This document shows positions 24,859 through 36,700 of a stretch of DNA of 64,000 nucleotides, piece after piece. Made by a program: the position numbers and the translations under genes. The notes below the pieces were generated by a model, which was given only the letters and a program-made list of their open reading frames with translations, made no database searches and was not told the origin of the DNA. The stretch is from Azolla caroliniana (Eukaryota; Plantae; Polypodiophyta): positions 14,384,001-14,448,000 of the forward strand of contig JBHGNT010000001.1 in assembly GCA_043228905.1 (NCBI GenBank), in the 5' to 3' direction. Every line of letters begins with the position of its first letter. The stretch's first letter is position 1.

Positions 24859-24890
<32 letters not shown>

Positions 24891-27800
24891 CAGAACGTAA
24901 TTTCAAAATTATATTAAGACTCTGTAACTACACACTGTGCTAAGTAGCACTATTTATACAAGTCCTCTTGGGACTGCCAGAAGTACCATGTACTTCAATG
25001 CTCACACGAGCATCTAACACTTACTACGAGACTATAGCTACCTAGTAGTCTATCCTATACTAGGCTTCCGATTGGACTGCCGGTTACGGATTGCACCCGG
25101 CCTCCACTGCTTGCCGGTTTGGTTGCTCACCGTCATACCGATCCATTTCGCCCGATCCGTCTCGCTTACCGGCTCCGGCTTATTCGGCCGATCCGGCTCC
25201 GGTTGAGCTTGCCGCTCAACACTCCCCCTCAAGCTCAACCTGAGGTGGGGTCGTAGTGTCGACCTCTGTGGCAGTCGGTTCTTCCAACCAACTTCTCCTG
25301 GCGTCACTCCGCCTTGCTCGCGCTCCTCGTTCGGTCCGGTCCCGTTTGCCACGACCCCTTTGGTTCTGCGCGCCTCGACCCTCTCAGTCGGTATGTCTGC
25401 TCAATAGGCCCATCTCAGCAGTCACGTTGCTGTGACTCCGACGCTTGCCGATCCGTCGGTTCTCCCACAATGGCATCGACTTCCGCTGCGTCCGTGTCCC
25501 CTTGGCCTTTAGTCGATCCGTCTCATCCGGATCCATCTGTTGATTCGAGTCAGCTGTCTCCGACTCGTTCCAGCTCTTGTCCGAATCGGTACACTCCGAT
25601 TCGACTTCCGGCGTCAGGCCTCTCACCACATCGGACCACTTCCGAGTCTTGGCCTTCTCCATGCTTCCCTCGGCTTCTTCAGCCGGTGAACCGAAATCGA
25701 ATTCTTCATTCGACTCTGTATCATGGTCAATACCGTCGTGATGACCTCCGTACAGCATGCGCTTCTCTTCCTGAGTGCACAACTCTTCTTCACAGCCGCT
25801 TGCTCCGACCTGTTCGGATGTGTCGACTTCCTTCGTCGACTTGGCTTCCTTTAGCTTCTTGTCTCCTCTTCTTCCGGCTCTCCTCTTACCGACGGGTTCA
25901 ACAGGTTTTTGGCCTTTGCCCGTTTCGGTAGAGACTTTGCCCTTGCTTCTCCCCCTCAAGTGCGGCATGTCGAGATGCTGAATACCAAGCATGTCGGTAA
26001 AGTGCTGCAACTTGTCCGATCCGAGCGGCTTGGTGAAGATGTCGGCAACTTGCCGATCCGTATGAACATACCATAGGTCAACTTCACCGCTCAGGACCCG
26101 CTCACGCACGAAGTGGTAGTGCACCTTGATGTGCTTTGTGCGAGCATGGAACACATGGTTCCTGGCGAGCTGCAGGCTGCTCATGTTATCGCAGTAAATC
26201 GGAATCGGGGATGGTACCTCGATCCGCAAGTCTCGCAGCAGTCGCCGAAGCCAGATGGCTTCACAAGTGGCAACGGTAGCGGCCCGGTACTCAGCCTCAG
26301 TGCTTGGCAAAGCCACTATAGGCTGCTTCTTGCTGCTCCACGCAACGGCCGCGCTACCTATGGAGAACATGTATCCGGAAGTGGAGCGGCGATCAGAAGC
26401 ATCGCCGGCCCAGTCAACATCTGTGTAACCGACAAGCTCTTCGGGTATACCTCGCCGGTATAACAGTCCCCGGTCCTTAGTGCCACTGACATACCGTAAT
26501 ATTCGTTGCGCGCACTGAAGGTGCTCCACGGTCGGCTTCTGCATGAACTGACTTACCATGCCGACCGGATAGCTGATGTCGGGGCGGGTGATGGTTAAGT
26601 AGATCAGGCCTCTGACAACCTGTCGGAACCGTTTCTCATTACAGGTCGGTCCGGAGTTGGGACGGAGCTTCTGGTTTCGGTCCAGCGGTGTGGAGACAGG
26701 TCGGCAATCCGTCATGCCGAACTTATACAGCATATTCAACACGTAATGTCGTTGTGAGAGCAATATGCCATCGGGGGTCCGGATCACTTCGATCCCAAGA
26801 AAATAATGAAGGTCCCCCAGGTCCTTCATTTCGAATGCGTCCGACAACTGGGACTTGACGCAGTTGATTTCGGGAAGACCCGGTCTGGTGATGACTAAAT
26901 CATCCACATACAAGAGTATACATACCGGACCGTTAGAGCCTTGCCGAATGAATAACGAAGAGTCCGACTTAGAGACAGCAAACCCCAGCTTACGCAACCG
27001 GTGCGTGATCTTCGCGTTCCAAGCTCGGGGGGCTTGCTTCAAGCCGTAAAGCGACTTCTTCAGTCGGCATACCGCCGACTCGTTCATCTCCGATTGAAAT
27101 CCGGGGGGCTGAGTCATAAAGACTTCTTCTTCAAGCTCTCCTTGAAGGAAGGCGTTCTTCACATCCATCTGGTGAAGATGCCACCCCCTTGCCGCAGCAA
27201 CCGCCAGTACCACACGAACCGTCGTCATCTTCGCCACAGGAGCGAAGGTCTCGTTGTAGTCGATTCTGTGGGTTTGCGCGTATCCCTTCGCCACTAACCG
27301 GGCTTTGTACCGGTTAATAGAACCGTCGGCGTTGTACTTGACCTTGTACACCCACTTGCATCCGATCGGTTTACAGTGACGGGGAGGATCAACTAGGTCC
27401 CAGGTTTCGTTGGCATTGAGTGCCCGCATTTCTTCGGCCATAGCGGCACGCCAATTTGCGTCCTTTGCCGCTTCTGCGTAGCTCTCCAGCTCACGCACTT
27501 CTGTCACCTTAGTCATGTACGCATAATGATGCGCCATGTATTCATTGTACCCGTACCGTATTACGGGATCCTTCTGGCGGGTTGATCGGCACAACGCACC
27601 GTCACCTGATTTGAGGCCCTTCTTGGCCAGTTCGGTCTTCGTTGCCGAAGATCCGCCTTTCTCCTTTCCGGAGTCGAATACGCACCGATCCGACTCATCG
27701 TTGCTGGTTTCGAATTCCGGCATCTTCCTCTTCCCTTTCTCTTTGCGCGTGAACCGTTTCCTCGGTTCCTTGCGCGGGGAGAGCACGGCAGAGTCTCCAC

Positions 27801-30756
27801 CACTTGCCGTCTCTTCATCCGACTGGTCCAACCGACTCAGTCGTTCGTTCGGTCCACTCAACTGAAATGATTCCGGATTCTCATCTTGAGTCCCGGCTTC
27901 ACCATCCTCTGACAGGACTGATTCAGGCTCACTGGCCTGATCTTCCGGCATTGGTTCGGGAGCGGAAGTCGGAGTCAGTATGGAGTACCAAGATGCCGAT
28001 TCATCGAACTCGACATCCCGGCTAACTCGGACTTCCTTCGTCCGGAGGTTATAGCACTTATACCCCTTTTGCTCTTGAGCATAGCCGACTAGGATGCATT
28101 TTTCCGATTTTGCATCCAGCTTTCTCCGCTTTTGATCCGGCACATGCACATACGCTATGCTGCCGAATATCCGAAGGTGTCTTAAGTTCGGCTTGCGCCC
28201 GAAATACAGCTCATGAGCTGACACCTTGTCACCAATGCGGTTTTGTATGTAGACGGCCGTCTGGACCGCCTCCACCCAGTAGAACCGGGGCATGCTCTTT
28301 TCCTCCAGCATTGCCCTTGCCGCTTCGACGAGTGTCCCGTTCTTCCTTTCGGCCACACCGTTTTGCTCCGGTGTGTATCTGCAGTTGAACTCTCGCCGAA
28401 TTCCCTTCTGCTACAGATAACTAGTGAATTGGCCGGAAAAATATTCCTTTCCGCCATCCAACCGAAGGCATTTGATCTTCCTCTCCGATTCCCGTTCCAC
28501 CATCTTCTGGAGGCTCCGGAAACAGTCGAAGACTTCGCTCTTCCGCTCAATGAGGTAGATCCAAGTATGTCGAGTAAAGTCGTCGATGAAGGAGACGAAG
28601 TATCGGCTCCCGCCAAGGCTTACACTTTGTGTCGGTCCCCACACATCCGAATGGATGAGATCGAGCTTGTTACGGCTCCGGTTCCGTTCGGTGGGGAATG
28701 GAAGCCGGTGTTGCTTCCCAAGTTGGCAGGCTTCACAAATTTCGGCTCTCCAGCCGCTGAACTTCGGCAAACCGAAAACGACTTGTTTCGTTTGCAGGTC
28801 TTGAAGCCTCCGGTAGTTGACGTGGCCTATCCGCTTGTGCCACAGGTCGATTTCTGACTCGACCTTCTGTCGTTCCGCGAACAGAGCGGTGCCTAAGTCA
28901 TTGGTGTTGAGGATAAACATCCTCCCGTCTCTGCGCCCTTGCGCAATGACTTCGCCCTCATCCTCAATGAAGCACCCGAGGTGCGTAAACCGCACCTGCA
29001 TCCCCTGGTCGACAATCTGACCGATGAACACCAGGTTCTTCGTGATTGTCGGAACGTGTAATACGGTCATCAGCTTCCCTTTCTGTCCGATGTGGCTTAG
29101 AGGGACTTCTTCGACGTGCACGATTGGGTGAGGAGTGTCGTCTCCGGTTTCGACTACTCGTGGTTGATTCGGTTTCTCCAGAAAGGAGAACCACTCTTTG
29201 TGGCTCGTCATGTGGTTCGACGCGCCGGAATCAACATACCACACTTCCTCCGTTTTGGAAGTGGTCTTCTTCATTGAGTTTGCCTTGTGATTCATTACCA
29301 AGGCAGGCCCCTTACCGGCCTTTCCGATTCCGGATCCTCCTGATCCGTTTGCGTAGTGCGAGTTTTGCCGGCCATCCTTACCGGTCTTGCCGGATCCGGA
29401 TTTGTCCGAATCGGCACGCTTTCTCCAGCACTCGCTTTCCCTGTGGCCCTTTTTGCCACAGTACTAGCATTCCGTAGCAGATTTGTCTTGCCGGCCTCCG
29501 ACACCGCCTTGACTCCCCCTGCTTGTGGAAGTCCCAGAACTACTGTCGGCACGCTCATAGTGCCTCCGTTCCTGCTCTTGCCGGCCGCCTCCATTGCGTG
29601 CCGACCCACCTCTTCCACCACGCCCACGGAGCCGATCCATTCCCGTGTACAGCATTCGGCTGTCCGGGGATGCACTATTAGATGCACCGGCGTGGTTCTC
29701 CTCTACAAGGAGCATCGACTGTAAGTCGAAGAATGAGGGGGTATTCTCCCTTGTACACACCGCAGTCCGGAACGCTCCGAACTTGGACGCCAGGCCCCCG
29801 AGACATACCTGCACCATCTCGTCTTCCTCTACGGTAACATTGATAGAGGCGAGCGAGTCGCAGATCTCCTTTATCCGGCTCGTGTAGTCTGCCACGGACA
29901 TGTTCTTCTGTCGAACATTGCTCAACTCTTGTCTGAGTTGCAGCTTCCGGGCAGTGGTGCTTGCGGCGAAAACCTTTTTCAGGTTCCCCCAAGCATCCTT
30001 CGATGTCTTGGCATCATGGATGTGGCTGAGCAGCTGATCGCCGACACTGGATGCGAAGTAGTACATCACCCTGCTTGCCGCCTGTTCCCATACCGGGAAG
30101 TCCTTGTGTGCCGAGTCTGGCGCCACATCATTCGCTCCTTCGACATAACTCCAGTACCCGTGTCCAAGCAGGTACTGGTGCATCTTGTAAGACCAGGATG
30201 CATAGTTGCTCCTGTCGAGCTTCTCCACCGGGAGCGACGTAGCCATTCCTCTATCCATGTCTTCTACTGTGTCTGTTTTCGACCTGTTAGGGTTTTCTTC
30301 TCAAGAGTTAAATGTCTGCAGCAGAGGTTCTCAACCCTCGCGCTCTGATACCATGAAAACGTGAGTGTTTGCAGAAGCGTAAAACAGAGAACAACATAGA
30401 GAGAGAGAGAGAGAGAGAGAGAGAGCAGAACGTAATTTCAAAATTATATTAAGACTCTGTAACTACACACTGTGCTAAGTAGCACTATTTATACAAGTCC
30501 TCTTGGGACTGACAGAAGTACCATGTACTTCAATGCTCACACGAGCATCTGACACTTACTACGAGACTATAGCTACCTAGTAATCTATCCTATACTAGGC
30601 TTCCGATTGGACTGCCGGTTACGGATTGCACCCGGCCTCCACTGCTTGCCGGTTCGGTTGCTCACTGTCATACCGATCCGTTTCGCCCGATCCGTCTCGC
30701 TTACCGGCTCCGGCTTATTTGGCCGATCCGGCTCCGGTTGAGCTTGCCGCTCAACA
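24819..30756 (-). mobile_element. Full-length copia element C
   Basis: 403-bp LTRs 30354-30756 and 24819-25221 (about 9 differences), TSD CATCC, iMet PBS 30342-30353, PPT 25222-25233. Confidence 0.95.
25384..30258 (-). pseudogene. copia C gag-pol in one frame with two TAG stops (29464, 28411) and a long charged C-terminal extension
   Basis: ORFs 30258-29464, 29301-28411 and 28356-25384 share a frame; all copia domains present. Confidence 0.92.
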
Positions 30757-31546
30757 CATCCCTTTCCCGAGAGGTAGTTTTAGTAAGCGAGCATAAAGAG
30801 AAGGTGACTATATAAGCACATTCTCCCCTCCTTTGTAAAACGTTGGTTATCATTCTTGTGAAATATAGTTTTCTGGTTTTTCTGTCTACCTCGTATCGAC
30901 TCTCTTTTCTCGTCGCCCAAGAGTATTGGAGTTACATTGAAGGAGCTCAAGAAATGAAACCCAACCCAATACACATTGACTACCCAACATGGGAGCAAGC
31001 GAAACGTCGTGTGTTGTATTGCCTGGTGTCATGTGTTCACGACCACATGCTCGATTACATTCAAGAAGCCAAGATGCCGAAGGATGCTTGGGAAAATCTC
31101 GAGAAAATCTTTGTGGCCAATACAACCACAAGAAAGCTTCTACTCCGTCAAGAGTTGAATAATCTCCAACAAAGGGACACGTCGATCACAAGCTATACCT
31201 TGAAGATCAAGGAGCTATACGACTCACTCTGCTAAATCAATGCCAATGTTGATGATGAAAAGGTGGTGCAAATATGCCTTGGCGGCCTAGCACCACGATT
31301 CGGCACCATGCAGACCGTTGTCCTAGCAAGGGAGAATATTGCTTCCTTCTTCGACATTCAATCAATGTTGTTGGTCGAAGAGAACCACGTCTGAACAAGG
31401 AGCATTGCATCGGAAGGGCACATGGTCTACTCGCACTCAGATAAAGGTAGACAACACGGTCGCGCAAGAAGAGGTCGATTTAGACAAGGACGAAACGGTA
31501 GAGGTCCATCCCATGAAAACAACTCCCACTTTCGGCAAGATAGTGG

Positions 31547-31903
31547 TGTAAAGAATCAAACATATCATTCTATGCAACATAATAGATATGTGTGTGTGTG
31601 TGAGGGAGAGAAATAGTCGACACATAATAGACAAAAAAATAAGAAAACTGTATTCACAAGAAAATAACAATCAACTCATTGCAAAGGAGAGGAGAAGGTG
31701 CTTATATAGTCACATTCTCCCTACACTTCCTTATTACTTCTTGGGAAAGAGGTGGGTACTTAACTACCTACCTATTAACTATGTGTCATAGAAGTTAATT
31801 CTTATGACACATTAACTATGTTACATGGTAGTGGGGGGTTCACACACTTGAATATTCTTAAAATGTGTTCACACCATAGGGAAACTGAGTTTGATTCTCA
31901 ACA
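31547..31903 (-). repeat. copia 3' LTR of the H/I family with adjacent PPT-like motif (31904-31916)
   Basis: TGTAAAGAATC...GATTCTCAACA as in 61612-62522; minus strand reads GCTTGAAGGGGTG before the LTR. Confidence 0.7.
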
Positions 31904-32344
31904 CACCCCTTCAAGCTCAACTTCTGATTGCTAGAAAGTTGGCTTTTCATCCTACTGGTATCTGGGTTGGCTTCGGCTCCGACTTCAGTTGTGAAAGTCG
32001 TCTCACTCTACTCGGAAAACTAGTTGACCAATGAGATCTTATACAATGCATAAGATGCGTGAACGTGGTTACTGGATTCCGGCGCCACGTTCCATGTAAT
32101 CCCCAACATCGAATGGTTTCCATACTAAGAAGCCCACAAATTGTATAAAATCGTTGAACTTCTTGTACCTGATGAATATGGAAGATATTATGCAGTGGAA
32201 GATGAGGATCTGTAGGTTGGTGTGAGATAGACAACGATATAAATAGCTAGAAGAATGGATATGCACTATTAGCAAGATTCAAAGATCAAGAAGCACAAAC
32301 AGTTGCACTCAGTTAAGCTGAAAGGCAAACTTGCTTATTCCCTC

Positions 32345-32400
<56 letters not shown>

Positions 32401-32406
<6 letters not shown>

Positions 32407-32750
32407 TGGCCACATCAACGGCACTTGGGATGATTTTAAGCGCAACCTGTCCTCTATGGCTATATAATCGTGTGGTTTTTGGGAATTCGAAACCCAAATT
32501 CCTCTATAAATTCTCCGATTTGAATAGACGAGAAGTTCTAACATTTTTACCTTCCATTCCTGGAGAGGCGATCGTTAAACCACCAAGTAAATGTATTACT
32601 AAACAATGTAATCCCAACATTGTAGGTGTTCGTGATGAGATGGAGGCAACTTACCTTAATAAATAGGGAACATAGCCTGTTGCGAAAGGAAAGAGCGGGA
32701 CCAACCACTTTCGACCCTCACTTTCCGACCGTGTCTCTAAAAGACAAATG
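32401..32750 (+). pseudogene. nad4: NUMT: mitochondrial nad4 exon fragment plus the start of a group II intron (nad4i1399 position); right boundary approximate
   Basis: VATSTALGMILSATCPLWLYNRVVFGNSKPKFLYKFSDLNRREV resembles the Nad4 C-terminal region; homology stops at CCTGGAG|AGGCGATCG (32565/32566). Confidence 0.85.
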
Positions 32751-32754
32751 AATG

Positions 32755-32825
32755 GAGAGTCAATGGGCTAGTGGATAGACATATTGACTCCTAACTAAAG
32801 GTGCATTGTTCAAATCCGGTCTTAC
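32755..32825 (+). other. Degenerate tRNA-like or SINE-head sequence
   Basis: A-box-like TGGGCTAGTGG and B-box-like GTTCAAATCC; similar to 46147-46217. Confidence 0.45.
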
Positions 32826-32859
32826 AATGCATCGTGATTTCAGGAATTTTATTCCTTTT

Positions 32860-33216
32860 TAGGAGATGCACAAAAGCTTATGAAGACATTCAAAACATTT
32901 TGCATGCATACTAAATTAAGTGTCAATAGCTTTAAAACAAAGATTATGCTTGTGAAGAGCCAAAAAAGAGATAAACCATGCATTATGTACAACAATGAGC
33001 CACTTGAATGTGTGGAAAGCTTCAAATATCTTGGCCTTGAAGTTCCTTCAAATCATAGATGGAATGAATGTGCTACATGCCGCTTAGAGGCAAGTAAGCG
33101 AGCATACTATGCATTTGAGAACACATGCAATCTTGGAGATATTAAATGTTGGGTCCTTAAGGAATATCTTTTCGACACTTTGGTGACACTGATTCTTCTC
33201 TATGGGGTGGAAGTAT
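32860..33216 (+). mobile_element. LINE (RTE/L2-like) RT C-terminal fragment
   Basis: LSVNSFKTKIM...LECVESFKYLG...LFDTLVTLILLYGVEV. Confidence 0.8.
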
Positions 33217-33734
33217 TGTTGAGTGACAAGCTCAATAATGAGTGTGTAAATAGTGCGTAACCTAGTGCGTAGACTGGGTGCGTAAAACAATACGCACTAC
33301 GTGGCCATAATGGTGCGAACACCGCGAGGCCGTTAGAGAGATATTCCTCGAAAGGAATAATTTTGGGAGTGAGTGTAGCGGCTCATTTATGAGCGTCAAG
33401 TACTGTCAGTACTTGTGTCAGCCCGATAGTCAGGGCTTGTATAAAAGGTGCCCACTGAGCACGAAGTATGTACAGAGCGTCATTATTTTGAAATAGAACT
33501 GAGTTGTCTGCTCTCTCTATCTCTCCCTCTCCATCTTCATCTCTGTGTTTTCTGAGTTCTCCGAACTGTGTACTCTGTGTTTCACATACGCTTCCGCACA
33601 TGTATTCTTCTACATGGTATTAGAGCGCGAGGGTTGAAGTCCTTTGCAGCTGACAAGAAAAGCTTCCGACAAAACAGAGTTGAAGTTGTTCTTCGGTTTT
33701 TTTTTGGAAAAGGAAAAGACAACAGATATGGATA

Positions 33735-36700
33735 TGTTGGGATTTCGGTCCCTCCGGATGGGATGTCCGGAGATGAATGACGGCAAGCCCGGAGGCTGTT
33801 ACGGAACCGGAGACGGTGAAGAGTACCCGGATACGGAACCGGATGATGAAGAGTACCCGGCATGGAGCCGGATGAAGAGTACCCGGCATGGAGCCGGATG
33901 AAGAGTACCCGGATTCGGAACCGGATGCGGGGACATATTTGTGAATATGTTTGCCAAGAGCCCTTGAGGCTATATTTGTAAATATCCCGAAAGTCATATG
34001 TGTATAAATATGACTTAGGGCAAACAGTTTTATGTTGTTGCTCATTTTATGTTTTCAGCAGATAGAGCGAAGTGAGAGCAGCCGAGAGAGAGAGAGAGAG
34101 AGAGACGAAGAGGTCGTTGCCTCTGTGTATTACCGCCGCCTGTGGCGAAGACAGTGAGCTCAAGGTTGTTGCCTTGTAGCTCCACCATTGTACATCTCTG
34201 TGTATAGTAATAGTTGGAGTTTGAGGACTCCCGTGGTTTTTCCCATTTAGGGTTTTCCACGTAAAACACCCTGTGTACTCTTCTCTCTATTGTCTACGTG
34301 CATTGTGTATTTCCTGGTTTCTGTGAGTTGATCCTATTCCTCGGTTGTGGCCGAGCACGGAATTTCAACAAAGTGGTATCAGAGCAACGGTAACACAGAA
34401 AATGGAAGGCGGCGGTAGTGGGCCTCCGGGCATGATGGTGCTGAATGCGCAGAACTACGCCGACTGGAAGATCAAGATGGAAGATCTTCTGATTGTTCGG
34501 GACCTGTACGAACCGATTGACAGGTCGGAAATACCGAAGGGAGTACTTGAGTCGGAGTGGAAGCTCCTGAACCGGAAAGCCGTAGCGACGATCCGACAAT
34601 ATGTCGATGTAAGCGTCCTACAACATGTGGCGAACGACACCAACGCATATGAGATGTGGAAGAAGCTGTCGGGCCTCTACGAGAGGAAGAATGCGTTGAA
34701 CCGGACCTCCCTGATGAGAAAGATAGTGAACCTCAAGTACCGGGACGGCGAGAGTATGGTGGAACACGTAAGCACGTTCATGGGATTCGTGAACCAGCTT
34801 GCGGCGATCAAGTTCCCGTTGGAGGATGCAATGCAAGCCATCATCCTGATGTGTACATTGCCGGACAGCTGGGAGAACCTGGTGGTGACTCTCAGCACCT
34901 CCTGCACCGAAGATAACTTGTCCCTACAAACGGTAAAGACAAGTATTTTGAACGAAGAAGCGCGCCGGAGAGATAAAGAACCGGCCTCCGACTCGAAGGC
35001 GTTGCTTACCGAATCGGAACGGGGAAGACAATGGAACCGGAGTCCGCAAAGACGGGAGAAGTCGGGGACCCGGTCGCAGTCAAGAGGAAGGCCCACATGC
35101 TTCCACTGTGGGAAGCCGGGGCACTTCCGGAAGAATTGCCGGCATTACCGAAAAGACAACGGTGCCGACGACACCGATTCGAAGAAGTCACCGGATAGAA
35201 ACGGTGCATACCGGGGAGCCACGGACCGGAGAGGTCCGGATCGGCGAGGGCAGGACCGGAAAGGAACAACGGCACTCGCGGCAAGTGAGGAAGAAATCAT
35301 GCTCATCACCGAAGAAGGTGAGCTAAACGTTGCCGGCGATGAGACGACCTGGGTGGTCGATTCCGGAGCATCGTTCCACCTGACCCCGGAGAGAAGATAC
35401 TTCTCATCCTACACAGCCGGTGAGCATGGCTGTGTTCGGATGGGAAATGAAGGTACGTGCCGGATTGCCGGCATAGGAGACGTGTGGTTGACAACCTCGA
35501 CCGGATGCAAAATGCTGCTGAAGGATGTTCGACACGTTCCGGAGGTTCGATTGAACCTGATTTCGGCCGGGAGGCTAGACGATGAAGGCTACACGGGTAG
35601 CATCCGGAACGGTGTCATGAAGTTCAGCAAAGGGAGCCTGATAGTGGCTCGGGCCCGGAAGGTCAACACACTGTACCTGATGAATTCCCGGCTATGTCCG
35701 GAAGAGCTGAATGTGGTAGCCGACACTGCCGGTGAGCTGTGGCACAAGAGACTGTGCCACATGAGTGAGAAGGGGATGAAGAGGCTTGCAGAAGACAACC
35801 TTATCCCAGTGAAGCATGTGCACCTGGAGAAGTGCACCGATTGCCTGGCCGGTAAGCAGAACCGAACCTCCTTCCACTCAAGGCCACCGACGAGACGTAG
35901 CGCACCATTGGAGTTGGTGCATACTGATGTGTGTCAGGTAGAAACGAAGTCACATGGCGGAGCCCAGTACTTCGTGACATTCATTGATGATCACAGCCGG
36001 AAGCTGTGGACGGCACCGCTGAAGACAAAGGACCAAGTGTTGTGCGTCTTCAAAGAACTCCACGCGAGAGTGGAAAGGGAATCCGGCAAGAAGCTGAAAG
36101 CGATACGAGCGGATAACGGAGGGGAATACCGGGGGCAGTTCCAGGAGTACTGTCGCTCGAAGGGAATCCGGCTCGAGTTTACTGTGCCGAAGACGCCGGA
36201 ACTAAACGGGCTGGCCGAGAGGATGAACCGGACCATAATGGAGAGGGTCCGGAGTATGCTGGCGCATGCGAAATTACCCAAGGGGTTTTGGGCTGAGGCA
36301 ATGTCGACGGCGACATACGTGATAAACAGATCACCCTCAATACCTTTGGACGGAGACACGCCGCAGAAAGTGTGGACCGGTAAGGAAGTGTCCTACCGGC
36401 ATCTGAAGGTGTTCGGGTGTCTCGCATACGTGCATGTGGCAAAGGACCGGAGAGGAAAGCTAGATCCAAAGACCCGGCCATGCATATTCCTCGGTTACGG
36501 CGATGACGAGTTCGGCTACCGAGTATGGGACCCGGTCGACAAGAAGATATTCCGGAGTCGTGATATCATCTTCATGGAGAACAGGACACTCGCCGACTGG
36601 GAGTCGGAGAAGAAGATGAAGAGCTCCAAGTCGACCGGTGAGGATAAACTCTACGAAGAGCAGTCCCGACCGGCAAGGGACCGGTTAGCACTCGAGGACC

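Larger units (their letters stand above)
24696..31546 (+). mobile_element. Old copia remnant H: LTR interrupted by element C, then a gag fragment at about 30910-31545
   Basis: Starts GTTGAGAATCAAACTCAAC like the LTR at 184; gag YWSYIEGA...ANTTTRKLLLRQEL. Confidence 0.7.

Noticed and set aside
31917-32330. Possible host exon fragment on the minus strand
   Set aside because: No recognisable protein motif in any frame
34345-34401. Longer N-termini for E and F given by the ORF track
   Set aside because: They start at non-ATG codons within the LTR and differ between the two copies; the shared ATG is at 34402 and 53403
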